Positions 1 to 10,312 are shown, counted from the first letter of the stretch. The stretch is DNA of 28,737 nucleotides from Gemmatimonadota bacterium (GCA_029288095.1 JARFPW010000325.1:1-28737); one strand, 5' to 3'. Numbers and translations are program-made. The notes: generated by a model not told the origin, from the sequence alone.

Positions 1-1
1 T

Positions 2-427
2 ATCTCGTACGATCCCGAGAACCACGATCGGATGACAGCGATTCGGGCGGAGCGGATCGAGCGAATCGCGCATTACATTCCGGAACAGTCCGTCGACGCA
101 GGCCCGGAATCCGGAGCCCTCGCCGTCGTCGGTTGGGGTTCCACGTACGGGGCAATCTCGAAGGCGGTGGAGCGGTCTCAGGAGGCGGGTCTCAACGTAA
201 GCCACATTCACCTCCGGTGGCTGTCCCCATTTCCGCGCAACCTGGCGAGCTTGCTGGGCGGCTTCGACCGCGTGCTCGTGCCGGAAGTGAACGCCGGCCA
301 GCTGCTGCACGTTCTTCGGTCGCGGCTGGGAGTGCGTGCTGACGGTCTGAACCGGGTAACGGGTCGCCCGTTCCGCATCCGCGAAATCGAGTCGGCGATC
401 CGCGCCGCTCTGGAGGAGAGGTCATGA
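2..427 (+). CDS. korA: 2-oxoacid:ferredoxin oxidoreductase alpha subunit, C-terminal fragment (starts before window)
   Basis: Frame open from base 2 (ISYDPENHDRM...); VVGWGSTYG, HIHLRWLSPFP and VLVPEVNAGQL motifs; ATGA overlap with beta subunit. Confidence 0.9.
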   Translation: MSYDPENHDRMTAIRAERIERIAHYIPEQSVDAGPESGALAVVGWGSTYGAISKAVERSQEAGLNVSHIHLRWLSPFPRNLASLLGGFDRVLVPEVNAGQLLHVLRSRLGVRADGLNRVTGRPFRIREIESAIRAALEERS

Positions 428-1467
428 CCGAAGCCACCCAGACACCGCCGCCGTCCGCGAAGGACTTCGCCTCGGACCAGGAGGTTCGCTGGTGTCCGGG
501 TTGTGGTGACTACGCGATCCTCAAGGGGGTCCAGAAGACGCTCGCCGACATCGGTGCCTCGACTGAGAACACCGTCTTCGTATCGGGTATCGGGTGCGCC
601 GCCCGGTTCCCGTACTACATGTCGACGTATGGATTCCATACGATTCACGGCCGGGCGCCTGCGCTCGCGACGGGACTGAAGCTCGCGAATCCTGACCTCG
701 ACGTGTGGGTGATCAGCGGAGACGGCGACGCGCTGAGCATAGGCGGGAATCACACGCTGCACGTGCTGCGGCGCAATGTCGACCTACAGATCCTGCTGTT
801 CAACAATGAGATTTACGGCCTGACCAAGGGCCAGGCATCACCTACGTCCCGGCGCGGTACGGTCACGCCGTCCACCCCGCGAGGCTCGTTTTCGAATCCC
901 GTCCATCCCGCGTCGTTCGCCATCGGGGCGGGCGCGCGCTTCGTGGCGCGGGGGATCGACATCAACCTGAAGCACCTTACCGGGGTCATGAAGGAAGCCC
1001 ACGCTCACCGCGGCGCCTCGTTCGTGGAGATCTTCCAGAACTGCATCGTGTTCAACGACGGCTGTTTTTCGGAGTTCACCGACAAATCGCGCGCGTCATC
1101 GATGCAGGTGCTTGTCGAGCACGGCAAGCCGCTGCGATTCGGGCCGGATGGGAGTCGGGGACTGAGATTTAATTCGGAGAGCTGGACGCTCGAGGCCGTG
1201 GATGTGGGCCCGGGCGGCGCGGACGAAGAGGATCTCGTCGTTCACGACGAAACGAATCGGGCTCTGGCGCTTCTGCTGGCGGAGCTTCAACCACCCGTCC
1301 ACCCGATGGCGATCGGCGTGCTGTATCGGGATCCGGCGCAATCGTACGACGAGGTCATGCTCGCCGACGTGCCACCTGCCGGCGCTTCCGTGGCCGACCT
1401 TCTCGCCGGGGGCCGGACGTGGACCGTCGGCGACGAGGGCCAACGGTCCGACGCGGCGGCCGATTAG
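424..1467 (+). CDS. korB: 2-oxoacid:ferredoxin oxidoreductase beta subunit (TPP-binding)
   Basis: WCPGCGD, SGIGC, HTIHGR, SGDGD...GGNH, NNEIYGLTKGQASPT motifs. Confidence 0.93.
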   Translation: MTEATQTPPPSAKDFASDQEVRWCPGCGDYAILKGVQKTLADIGASTENTVFVSGIGCAARFPYYMSTYGFHTIHGRAPALATGLKLANPDLDVWVISGDGDALSIGGNHTLHVLRRNVDLQILLFNNEIYGLTKGQASPTSRRGTVTPSTPRGSFSNPVHPASFAIGAGARFVARGIDINLKHLTGVMKEAHAHRGASFVEIFQNCIVFNDGCFSEFTDKSRASSMQVLVEHGKPLRFGPDGSRGLRFNSESWTLEAVDVGPGGADEEDLVVHDETNRALALLLAELQPPVHPMAIGVLYRDPAQSYDEVMLADVPPAGASVADLLAGGRTWTVGDEGQRSDAAAD

Positions 1468-2846
1468 AAGAGGCTGCTCACGAGCTGAATGAGCAGGATC
1501 AGGATCGCCAGCGGACACAGGAATCGAATCAGAAAGCCCCATGCTCCTTCGAGGGCAAATCCCTTACCCGACGAGCGCACTTCGTCACCCGCCGCCTTCA
1601 CGCCCCACACCCACGCCACGAAGGTGCTGATCAGCAGCGCGCCGATCACCAGCGAATACTGTCCGAACAGCAGGAACATGAAGCTCAGGAAGTCCATGCC
1701 CACGCCCGGGAGGTTGGTCAGCCAGCCCACCGCGCCGTTGGCCAGGGCGCTTGGAATCCCGATCAGAAATGCGGCTGCGCCGAGGGTGATCGCGGCCTTT
1801 TTCCGGCTCCAGCCCTTCTCGTCCACGCCCCAGGAAGTGCACACTTCGAGGAGGCTCACGCTCGAGGTTAGCGCGGCGATCGCGAGCAGAACGAAGAACC
1901 CCGTACCAAAAATGATGCCGCCATACGGGTCCGGTGGTATCGAGGACAGCAGCGACGTCAACACGACGAACACCATTCCCGGGCCACCGGCTCCGGGTTC
2001 GAGGCCCGCGTGAAACAGCGTCGGGAAGATGATCAGGCCCGCCAGGATGGCGATCGTCGTGTCGAATCCCGTGACCCACGCCGCCGACGACACCAGGTCA
2101 TCCTTCTTCGACACGTATGACCCGTAGGTGATCATCGCTCCCATGCCGAGGATCAGGCTGAAGTACGCCTGCCCGACGGCCGCGAGCACTACCCTGCCGG
2201 TGATCTGACTGAAATCAGGTTGCAGGTAGAACGAGAGACCCTCGCCGGCTCCCGACAGCGTCACTGCCCGGATCGCCAGCAGGACGAGCAGGACGAACAA
2301 CAGCGGCATGAGAATCTTAGTCCAGCGTTCGATGCCGTCGCGTACGCCCTTCACGACGACCGAGACGGTTATCATGGCGAATATCGCGTGCCACAGAAGC
2401 GCATTCACCGGGTTGCCCGAGACTTCCGCGAAGATCGCAGAGGTATCCGCGCCGGGCCCAAACACGCCCGCTGCGGTCTTAATGATATAGGCGAGTGTCC
2501 ATCCGGCGATCACCGTGTAGAAGCTCAGGATGACCAGGCCCGTCAGCACCCCCAGGGCCCCCACCAGAGACCAGGCCGATCCCGGCATGATCGCCTTGAA
2601 AGCGCCTACGGGATTCTTCTGCGTGTGCCGTCCGACGATCAGCTCGGCCAGCATGACCGGTGCGCCGATGAGCAGCACGGCAATCAGGTAGATCGTCAGG
2701 AACGCGCCGCCACCATTCTGACCGGCGACAGTGGGAAACCCCCAGATATTGCCAAGACCGACGGCGCTGCCGGCGGCAGCGAGTACGAACGCCGCCTTCG
2801 ACCCCCAGGTGTCGCGCTTCGGACCTCCCGACGAATCCATCGCCAT
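1464..2846 (-). CDS. Sodium-dependent transporter, NSS/SNF (LeuT-like) family
   Basis: W-x-S...AAAGSAVGLGNIWGFP, GGGAFL, AALTSSVSLLE; many hydrophobic helices; start moved to ATG 2846 (GGGAG 7 nt upstream). Confidence 0.92.
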   Translation of the reverse strand: MAMDSSGGPKRDTWGSKAAFVLAAAGSAVGLGNIWGFPTVAGQNGGGAFLTIYLIAVLLIGAPVMLAELIVGRHTQKNPVGAFKAIMPGSAWSLVGALGVLTGLVILSFYTVIAGWTLAYIIKTAAGVFGPGADTSAIFAEVSGNPVNALLWHAIFAMITVSVVVKGVRDGIERWTKILMPLLFVLLVLLAIRAVTLSGAGEGLSFYLQPDFSQITGRVVLAAVGQAYFSLILGMGAMITYGSYVSKKDDLVSSAAWVTGFDTTIAILAGLIIFPTLFHAGLEPGAGGPGMVFVVLTSLLSSIPPDPYGGIIFGTGFFVLLAIAALTSSVSLLEVCTSWGVDEKGWSRKKAAITLGAAAFLIGIPSALANGAVGWLTNLPGVGMDFLSFMFLLFGQYSLVIGALLISTFVAWVWGVKAAGDEVRSSGKGFALEGAWGFLIRFLCPLAILILLIQLVSSLF

Positions 2847-3040
2847 GCCATCGCTCCCAGCTTGCGGCCATGTCCAGCGGTCAAGAACCGCTTTCGAAGA
2901 CACCGAGAATATGGGGAACGGGACAGATTCGACAGTCGGAAGCGCCGTGGGGTGGCGGGTTCACGCTGGCCTCCTAGGTTAGCCGGTGGTTCGGGCAACC
3001 GATATCGGACAGTGGTCGGACTCCACGAACGGGAGACGAA

Positions 3041-4147
3041 TTGGTGAACTCCTCGCAGCCTCCTTCCGAGATCCAACGGCGAGAACAATCCGGGAAGATC
3101 ACCGTGATCCTGCTCGTCGTGGGCATCACCCTGCTGTTTCTCGCGATGATCCGGAGCTTCCTGGTGCCGTTGCTGCTTGCCGGCGTGTTCAGCGGTTTGT
3201 GCTACTCGCTGCACCGGGGCCTCACGGCGAAACTCGGCGGTAGACCGCGTTTCGCAGCCATCGTGACGCTGGTCGTCGTTCTGTTTGTGGTCATCGTGCC
3301 CGTCTCACTGTTCCTGGGCATCGTCGTCTCGCAGGCGCTCCGCGTGAGCGAGACCGTAGGACCGTGGATCGATGCCCAGCTGCGGTCGCCCGATGCCCTC
3401 GATCTCTTGCTTGCGCGCATCCCGCAGCTCGAGTGGCTACGACCCTACCAGGACCAGCTCGTCGCCAAGGCCGGCGAATTGGCGGGCGTCGTGGGTGGGT
3501 TCCTGGTGGGCAGCGTGGCCTCGGCCACCCGGGGCACGGCGTCGTTTCTGCTTGATCTGTTCGTCATGCTGTACGCGATGTTCTTCTTCCTGGTCTCGGG
3601 GTCCAGCTTGCTGGCCCGCATGCTCTACTACCTTCCGCTGCCCCCGTCGGACGAAGCGCGAATGATCGACAAGTTCGTGTCCGTTACGCGCGCCACGCTC
3701 AAGGGATCACTGGTGATCGGGATCGTGCAGGGAACGCTCGCCGGCCTGGGTTTCTATGTCGCGGGGATTCCGTCGGCTGCCTTCTGGGGAACGGTGATGG
3801 CGGTGCTGTCGATCATCCCTGCCGTCGGCAGCGGCCTCGTTTGGGTGCCGGCGGTGATCTACCTGTTCGCAACGGGGGACAGCGTCACGGCTATCGTTCT
3901 GGCCCTGTGGTGCGCGGCGGTCGTTGGGACCGTCGACAACTTCATGCGCCCCTGGCTGATCGGTAAGGACACGAAGATGCCCGACCTGCTGGTTCTTCTC
4001 GGGACGCTCGGTGGGCTGATCCTGTTCGGGGCGGTCGGCTTCATCATCGGCCCGATCGTGGCTGCGTTGTTCGTGACCGCGTGGGACATCTACGGGCGCG
4101 TATTTCGGAGCTACCTGCCGGGAGAGGTCGCGGCCCCCGGCGGTTGA
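3041..4147 (+). CDS. AI-2E (PerM/YdiK-like) family transporter
   Basis: Hydrophobic protein with IPAVGSGLVWVP, VDNFMRPWLIG and GFIIGPIVAAL motifs; GGGAGA RBS. Confidence 0.88.
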   Translation: MVNSSQPPSEIQRREQSGKITVILLVVGITLLFLAMIRSFLVPLLLAGVFSGLCYSLHRGLTAKLGGRPRFAAIVTLVVVLFVVIVPVSLFLGIVVSQALRVSETVGPWIDAQLRSPDALDLLLARIPQLEWLRPYQDQLVAKAGELAGVVGGFLVGSVASATRGTASFLLDLFVMLYAMFFFLVSGSSLLARMLYYLPLPPSDEARMIDKFVSVTRATLKGSLVIGIVQGTLAGLGFYVAGIPSAAFWGTVMAVLSIIPAVGSGLVWVPAVIYLFATGDSVTAIVLALWCAAVVGTVDNFMRPWLIGKDTKMPDLLVLLGTLGGLILFGAVGFIIGPIVAALFVTAWDIYGRVFRSYLPGEVAAPGG

Positions 4148-4278
4148 CCCCGGGTGCTTTGCGGTGCTCCGGTTCGGGTCGCATGTTGTGGTTGCGAGGC
4201 CTCGATTGAGCGCTCGCTGTGAGCACATCCGGCGCGCTGACGCCGTCAACCCTGCATCCTTACCCGGACCACGGTGAC

Positions 4279-5343
4279 ATGAATAGTGAGATCCTCGAAC
4301 TTCTAGGCGATGACGCCACGTCGCTCCTGGAGCATCGGTGCGCGGGCATCGCCGCCGACCGTCTGAGCGCCCCTGGACCCGACTTCGTCGATCGGGTGGT
4401 AGCACAGTCGGATCGTAACAACCGCGTTCTGGGCAACCTGCAATGGATGTTCGGCACCGGCAGGCTCGCGGGCACCGGTCATGTGTCGATTCTGCCGGTG
4501 GACCAGGGTATCGAACACGCTGGAGGGGCGAGCTTCGCCAAGAATCCCGACTACTTCGATCCGGCGAACATCGTCGAGCTGGCGCTCGAGGGCGGATGCA
4601 ATGCCGTCGCCTCTACGTTCGGCGTGCTCGGGTCCGTATCCCGCCGGTTTGCGCACCGGATTCCGTTCATCGTAAAGCTCAACCACAACGAGCTGCTGAC
4701 GTACCCCAACAGCTTCGACCAGATCATGTTCGGCACGGTGCAGCAGGCGTATGACATGGGCGCCGCCGCCGTCGGAGCGACGATCTACTTCGGCTCGGAG
4801 GAAAGCGGCCGGCAGATAATCGAGACGGCAGAAGCCTTCGCCTATGCCCATGAGCTGGGGATGGCGACGATCCTGTGGTGCTACCTGCGGAATTCAGTGT
4901 TCAAGAAGGACCAGGACTACCACGCAAGCGCCGACCTGACGGGGCAGGCGAATCACCTGGGTGTGACGATTCAGGCGGACATCATCAAGCAGAAACTGCC
5001 GGAGAACAACGGCGGCTACGTGGCGATGAATGAAGGCGGTGTGAAGTACGGCCGGTTCGACCAGCGGATATATGACGAGCTGACGACCGATCATCCGATC
5101 GACTTGTGCCGCTACCAGGTAGCGAATTGTTACATGGGAAGGGCCGGGCTGATCAACAGCGGAGGCGCCTCGGGTGACAACGACTACGCCGACGCCGTGC
5201 GAACCGCCGTCATCAACAAACGGGCGGGTGGCACGGGTCTGATATCCGGGCGAAAGGCCTTCCAGCGGCCTCGTGCGGACGGGATTCGGCTGCTCAACCT
5301 GATCCAGGACGTGTACCTCGATTCCGACATCGGTTTGGCATGA
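4279..5343 (+). CDS. fbaB: Class I fructose-bisphosphate aldolase (DhnA/FbaB type)
   Basis: [27 protein letters not shown] (Schiff-base Lys), [10 protein letters not shown]; start placed at MNSEILELL. Confidence 0.93.
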   Translation: MNSEILELLGDDATSLLEHRCAGIAADRLSAPGPDFVDRVVAQSDRNNRVLGNLQWMFGTGRLAGTGHVSILPVDQGIEHAGGASFAKNPDYFDPANIVELALEGGCNAVASTFGVLGSVSRRFAHRIPFIVKLNHNELLTYPNSFDQIMFGTVQQAYDMGAAAVGATIYFGSEESGRQIIETAEAFAYAHELGMATILWCYLRNSVFKKDQDYHASADLTGQANHLGVTIQADIIKQKLPENNGGYVAMNEGGVKYGRFDQRIYDELTTDHPIDLCRYQVANCYMGRAGLINSGGASGDNDYADAVRTAVINKRAGGTGLISGRKAFQRPRADGIRLLNLIQDVYLDSDIGLA

Positions 5344-5951
5344 CGCCGAGGGCCCGCCACGCAGCGCTGCGAGCGTCCCTCCTGTGCGGAGCCGTGATTG
5401 TCGTCAGTTGCTCCGACCGACCTGACCAATCTCCCGTCACTGAGGAGCCCGCCATCGACCCGGCGGTGGTCGTGGATACGCAGGCAGTACGCAACGCGAC
5501 CTACATGAGTCAGTTCACGGAAATCGGCTTCGTCGAATTGTCCGACGGCGAGTTCCGGGATGCCGAGCAGCGGATCCACGCGGGCCTCGATCCACACATG
5601 GCTTTCGGTGACCTCGACGGCGACCCTGGCGTCGAGGCTGCGGTCATCGTCGGGACCAATACGGGAGGAAGTGGCGGGTTCGTGGATCTCGCGATCGTGG
5701 ACGGGCGCGACGGAGACGTCGTCAACGTCGCAACCCTGTTCCTCGGAGATCGACTGCGAATCCACTCCGTGGCCATCGAAGAGGGCGAAGTGGTGCTGGA
5801 TGCCACCATGCACACGCCCGACGACCCGATGTGCTGCCCGTCCCTGCGCGCCACCCGCCGATTTCGAATGGAACAGGGTGGCCTCGTCGAGCTTGGTCGG
5901 CCGGACGGAGCGATGGACTATGGCCCGCTCGATGGAGATCTGATCCCGTGA
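5340..5951 (+). CDS. Putative lipoprotein, LppP/LprE-like
   Basis: Signal peptide ending VVSC; GDLDGD, TGGSG and DPMCCPS motifs; overlaps fbaB stop and argF start. Confidence 0.6.
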   Translation: MTPRARHAALRASLLCGAVIVVSCSDRPDQSPVTEEPAIDPAVVVDTQAVRNATYMSQFTEIGFVELSDGEFRDAEQRIHAGLDPHMAFGDLDGDPGVEAAVIVGTNTGGSGGFVDLAIVDGRDGDVVNVATLFLGDRLRIHSVAIEEGEVVLDATMHTPDDPMCCPSLRATRRFRMEQGGLVELGRPDGAMDYGPLDGDLIP

Positions 5952-6949
5952 GCGGTGCACTGCGCGGCCGCCACTTTCTGACGCTGGAGGATTTCACGAG
6001 GGATGAGATTCTCTATCTGCTGGATCTGTCGGCTGAGCTCAAGCGACAGAAGCGGGACGGGTCGGAGACTCGTTCGCTGAGCGGCCACAACATCGCGTTG
6101 ATCTTCGAGAAGACGTCTACGCGAACCCGATGCGCATTTGAGGTAGCGGCGTTCGATCAGGGCGCGCACGTGACGTATCTCGGACCATCCGGTTCACAGA
6201 TCGGCCACAAGGAATCGATGAAGGATACGGCCCGCGTCCTGGGCCGGCTGTACGACGGCATCGAGTATCGCGGTTTCGGCCAGGAGCGGGTGCTGGAGCT
6301 GGCGGATCATGCCGGTGTGCCGGTGTGGAACGGCCTGACCGACGAGTATCACCCCACCCAGGTGCTGGCCGACGTCATGACGATGGTCGAGCACTCGGGC
6401 CGCGGGCCCGACGGACTCTCCCTGTGTTACCTGGGCGACGCCCGAAACAACGTGGGCAACTCGCTTCTCGTCGGAAGCTCGAAACTCGGCATTGACGTGC
6501 GGCTGTGCGGTCCGGAAACGAACTGGCCCGAATCAGCCCTGGTCGATCGATGCCGGGGATATGCCGAGTCGTCCGGAGGGCACATAACGATGACGGAGGA
6601 CGTCGAACAGGGCGTTGCCGGCGTCGACTATCTGTATACGGACGTGTGGGTGTCCATGGGAGAGGATGCGTCCGTATGGGCCGAGCGCATCGAACGGCTT
6701 CTGCCCTACCAGGTGAACCAGCAGGTTCTCGACCTAACAGGAAACTCGAACGTCCGCTTCCTGCATTGCCTCCCGGCATTCCACGATCGGAATACGGCGG
6801 TCGGGGAGCGCATCTTCCAGGAACACGGTCTCGACGGGATGGAGGTCACGGACGACGTGTTCGAATCCGAGCATTCGATCGTCTTCGATCAGGCGGAGAA
6901 CCGACTCCACACGATCAAGGCAGTGATGGTGGCAACGCTTGGGAGTTGA
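5948..6949 (+). CDS. argF: Ornithine carbamoyltransferase
   Basis: [45 protein letters not shown]; GTG start at 5948. Confidence 0.96.
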   Translation: MSGALRGRHFLTLEDFTRDEILYLLDLSAELKRQKRDGSETRSLSGHNIALIFEKTSTRTRCAFEVAAFDQGAHVTYLGPSGSQIGHKESMKDTARVLGRLYDGIEYRGFGQERVLELADHAGVPVWNGLTDEYHPTQVLADVMTMVEHSGRGPDGLSLCYLGDARNNVGNSLLVGSSKLGIDVRLCGPETNWPESALVDRCRGYAESSGGHITMTEDVEQGVAGVDYLYTDVWVSMGEDASVWAERIERLLPYQVNQQVLDLTGNSNVRFLHCLPAFHDRNTAVGERIFQEHGLDGMEVTDDVFESEHSIVFDQAENRLHTIKAVMVATLGS

Positions 6950-8141
6950 GTCGGACGCGTACCAGCGATCCGGCCCTCACGCCGATCAGTAGAAGCAACG
7001 GAATCAATGCCGAAGGCAGCTGCTGCCGCCAGAACGGGAACCCCGCCAGCAGAACCACGATGATGGCAACCGTCAACGCCATGTAGGTCCCCAGCCATCG
7101 CAAACCCTTGTCCCGTGCGATCGCCCAGGCTGCAAAGAGATGGGTCGGGAGCGCCCAGGCCAGGTTCAGATTGCTGTCCGTCACGCCGTGTAGCGACACG
7201 AACCACAGAAACACGACGACCAGGCCGGCAAGTCCCAGCAGCCCGAAGAACGCGGCGTCGAGAATCCGGCGCCTCCCGCGCCGCGCCTTTACGTCCGCCA
7301 CGGTCAGCAGGGTGCCCAGGCCGAACACGATCCACAGCACGATGGCCGGCCAGGGGGGATCCGGATCCGGCTCCCACGCGAGGTCGCTTCCGCCAGTAAG
7401 CGTGTCGGTACGCACGACCAGGGGCGCTTGTCGACCTCCCCGATCGATGACGCCGGTGGCGACGTATTCCAGCAGCAATTCAGGCAGAAACGTGGCTTCC
7501 CTCGGCGTGGCCTCACGGTCGGCCGGCAGTCCGAGGCCGAGGTCCATTCCGAAATCCGTCCAGGGGACGCCGGGCAGGTACGGATCCAGTAACTCGCGGA
7601 AGCTGCGGCCCGTGTCAGGGGCATCAAAGCTCAATGCGGATCCCACGGACGCCTCGAGGGCGTCCAGCAGCCTGGTGGCGCAGTTGTCGAAGAAGAAATC
7701 GTACTGGTAGTAGCGGTTGTCCGGCCGGGCGTTGATCCTCAGGTAGCTGAACAACGCCTGCTTCTCTCGCCCGGACAGGGCCAGCGTTTGCTCGACCGAC
7801 GCGCGCCCGAGCTCCTCCCAGTAGAACGATACCATGCGGCCCGTGTTCTGCACGCTCAGCCGGTAGTTCAGATCGCCGTACGTGAACCGTCCGATGAAGC
7901 TGGCGATTTCCGCCGGCGAATCGCCGAAGTCGAACGTTCCGTAGTTGTAGCTCTCGTCGATGCCCAGCACCGGATCGGCGACCCTGATCGCGCTGTGACC
8001 GAAAGTCGAGTAAAGGTCATCGCCAGGGAGAATCGAAATCAGCGATACGTGGGCAGATCCGGACAGCGCGGGAATGTCCTGGGCAGTCGCAGTCGAGGCG
8101 CCGAACCCGGCCATCGTCGCTAGCAGAACGGGCGTCAGCAT
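6915..8141 (-). CDS. DUF4105 protein, probable Lnb-like lipoprotein N-acyltransferase homolog
   Basis: Signal peptide; [37 protein letters not shown]; about five C-terminal TM helices. Confidence 0.75.
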   Translation of the reverse strand: MLTPVLLATMAGFGASTATAQDIPALSGSAHVSLISILPGDDLYSTFGHSAIRVADPVLGIDESYNYGTFDFGDSPAEIASFIGRFTYGDLNYRLSVQNTGRMVSFYWEELGRASVEQTLALSGREKQALFSYLRINARPDNRYYQYDFFFDNCATRLLDALEASVGSALSFDAPDTGRSFRELLDPYLPGVPWTDFGMDLGLGLPADREATPREATFLPELLLEYVATGVIDRGGRQAPLVVRTDTLTGGSDLAWEPDPDPPWPAIVLWIVFGLGTLLTVADVKARRGRRRILDAAFFGLLGLAGLVVVFLWFVSLHGVTDSNLNLAWALPTHLFAAWAIARDKGLRWLGTYMALTVAIIVVLLAGFPFWRQQLPSALIPLLLLIGVRAGSLVRVRLNSQALPPSLP

Positions 8142-8450
8142 ATGGCGGATGTGTGCACGCATGGTTCAGAAGCTACTCGGGGGAGCAGCGCCGCTCCAGT
8201 GGTCACGATCCCGCTACTCCCTGCACGCGTTATGACAAAAAAGGTTGCACCGGCTGTGGCTCGGGGCCCACACAGAACAATTCCATCCAACAGCATAACA
8301 TCTTTAAACACAGCTACATATGTACTTTTTCCACCGATAGGCGTCCTGGCGGTTCGCCCGCGCACGATTCTGGCCCCTCATGGGCGCCGACAAAGGTGCG
8401 CACCGGAGATTCTGGCACCGCACCGACCTGGAGAACGCTCGGGGGATACG

Positions 8451-9614
8451 ATGAAGGATCTGGTGAAACACGTCTTGAGTTCGCTCCGCTGGCGCTGGGC
8501 GGACCAGCGGGGAGCCGCGATGATGATCGCCGCGGGCAGCATGGTTGCGCTCGTGTCGGCCATCGCGCTGGCCGTTGACGTCGGAATGCTTACGGTCGCG
8601 CGCACCGAGTCTCAGCAGGTGGCGGATGGTGCGGCCCTGGCCGGCGCCGGGGCGCTGATCCTGTCGCCCGACAACATTGCGTTCGCTACGGCGGAGGCAA
8701 TCAACTTCTCCTCACGCAACGACATCCGTGGATCAACGGCAGTAGTGCTCCCGCAGGACGTCACCGTTGACGTAAACCTGGATCGAGTCACCGTTCGAGT
8801 GGTGCGCACACAAGCCCGTGGCAACCCGGTCGGCACTTTTTTCGCCCGCATTTTCGGCGTGAACGCAGTGAACCTGGTCACGGACGCGACCGCACAGGCC
8901 TCTCCAGCAGGCGGGATCAACTGCCCGCTACCGATCGCGCTTCCGGACCGCTGGTTGGAGGGCCCCGGCAGCGATCCCCGGAGTTTCGAGCCGCAGGACG
9001 GAGACTCGTATGTCCCGTGGATGAATACGAGCACGGATCCCGTTACGTACAACGACAATTACACAGGCTATTCGTCAGCAGACGTGGGCACGCAAATCAC
9101 CCTCAAGTCAAACACGGCCAACGGTGACATGCAGCCTTTCTGGTATTACCCGTGGAGGCCGCCCAATCAGGCGGGTGCCGACGACTATCGCACCAACGTC
9201 CGTAGCTGCGTAGACCCGACGGCAGAGTACTCCGTCAACCAATCCGTGGCGGTCGAGCCCGGAAACATGGCCGGTCCCACCATGCAGGGCTTCAGGGACC
9301 TCATGGACCTGGATCCGCACGCCACATGGAATAGCCAGATGAACTGCATAACGGACGCAAGCGAGGCACTCAGCACCAACGCTTCCTACTGCCGGTCGAG
9401 TCCCAGGGTGCGTCCGATACCGCTGTTCGACCCCAGGTACGGTCCGGAAACGGCAGCGGAGACGTTCAAGTTCACCAACTTCGCCGGCATCTTCGTGGAG
9501 GAAATCAAGGGCAAGGACGTGATTGCGCGTTGGATCGGCTACACAGCGCTTCGTCCCGCGGCACCGGGAACCACTTCCACCACTCCGTTCAAGGTGCTGC
9601 AACTGGTCGAGTAG
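8451..9614 (+). CDS. TadG-like pseudopilin (Tad domain protein)
   Basis: QRG followed by hydrophobic helix and AVDVG; ADGAALAGA; GNMAGPT; start ATG 8451 after GGGGGA. Confidence 0.78.
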   Translation: MKDLVKHVLSSLRWRWADQRGAAMMIAAGSMVALVSAIALAVDVGMLTVARTESQQVADGAALAGAGALILSPDNIAFATAEAINFSSRNDIRGSTAVVLPQDVTVDVNLDRVTVRVVRTQARGNPVGTFFARIFGVNAVNLVTDATAQASPAGGINCPLPIALPDRWLEGPGSDPRSFEPQDGDSYVPWMNTSTDPVTYNDNYTGYSSADVGTQITLKSNTANGDMQPFWYYPWRPPNQAGADDYRTNVRSCVDPTAEYSVNQSVAVEPGNMAGPTMQGFRDLMDLDPHATWNSQMNCITDASEALSTNASYCRSSPRVRPIPLFDPRYGPETAAETFKFTNFAGIFVEEIKGKDVIARWIGYTALRPAAPGTTSTTPFKVLQLVE

Positions 9615-9624
9615 CACCGCACGA

Positions 9625-9693
9625 TCCGGCGAAAGTCGGGGGTCCGGGAGTGGATCCAAACGGGCGGGTTGCCGGCGACGGCGGCCCGCCCGT
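9625..9693 (+). other. Cluster of GC-rich hairpins after tadG-like gene
   Basis: CCGGC-GAAA-GTCGG, GGGTCC/GGATCC and 15-bp stem 9660-9693 with GCGA loop; no U-tract. Confidence 0.5.
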
Positions 9694-9722
9694 CGTGCGT
9701 CCGGGTCCTGCCCGGCTTACCC

Positions 9723-9751
9723 TGTCACGACCCGCGGTCCCCGGACGTTGT
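9723..9751 (+). promoter_or_regulatory. Candidate ECF-sigma promoter (TGTCAC-N17-CGTTGT)
   Basis: Motif seen upstream of the ECF gene; resembles generic ECF -35/-10 layout. Confidence 0.35.
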
Positions 9752-9814
9752 TTAGCTGACGGCCGGATGCCGATAGGACGTCTCGGACTTCGCTCCACCG
9801 TTCCCGGAAGGGCC

Positions 9815-10312
9815 GTGGATTTTAAGACTGCCTACCGCGACCTGTATCCGGCACTCCACCGGTTTGCGCTGCGTCTCAGCGGAGACGCGGACGTGGCGGA
9901 CGACATCGTGCAGGAAGCTTTCACGCGGCTGATCGATCAGGATCTGCCTCTCGAGGAGGCGCGCCCCTGGTTGTTCGTGGTCGTAGCGAACCAGTTTCGT
10001 GACCGGGTTCGAAACCGTGAGCGACGGGCCCGACTGCTCGCCGCGCGGCCGCCCATCCCGGAAGCCCTCGAGGCGCCGGACGTCGGTGTGGAGCGGGCCG
10101 AGAAGATCCGTCGTGTGCGACGGGCGCTCGACCAACTGTCGGAGCGTGATCGCCGCATGCTGTTGATGCGCGAAGAAGGATTCAGATACAAGGAAATCGC
10201 CGAGGCGCTGGGAGTGAAAGCGTCCTCGGTCGGTGCGCTCGTCGCGCGGGCGTTGAAGCGATTCGCCCGTGCGTACGGAACCCTGGATGAGGCCGATGAA
10301 TCACCTCGCTGA
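9815..10312 (+). CDS. ECF RNA polymerase sigma-70 factor
   Basis: ADDIVQEAF, PWLFVVVANQFRD (region 2); LSERDRRMLLMREEGFRYKEIAEALGV (region 4); GTG start. Confidence 0.92.
   Translation: MDFKTAYRDLYPALHRFALRLSGDADVADDIVQEAFTRLIDQDLPLEEARPWLFVVVANQFRDRVRNRERRARLLAARPPIPEALEAPDVGVERAEKIRRVRRALDQLSERDRRMLLMREEGFRYKEIAEALGVKASSVGALVARALKRFARAYGTLDEADESPR

Noticed and set aside
4279-5343. FbaB as BMC cargo
   Set aside because: About 17 kb from the locus, in a separate operon, with no encapsulation-like extension
8413-8428. Sigma-54 promoter upstream of the tadG-like gene
   Set aside because: TGGCAC is present but there is no TTGC at the -12 position
8225-8450. c-di-GMP riboswitch upstream of the pilin gene
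   Set aside because: Conserved GEMM core sequence not found
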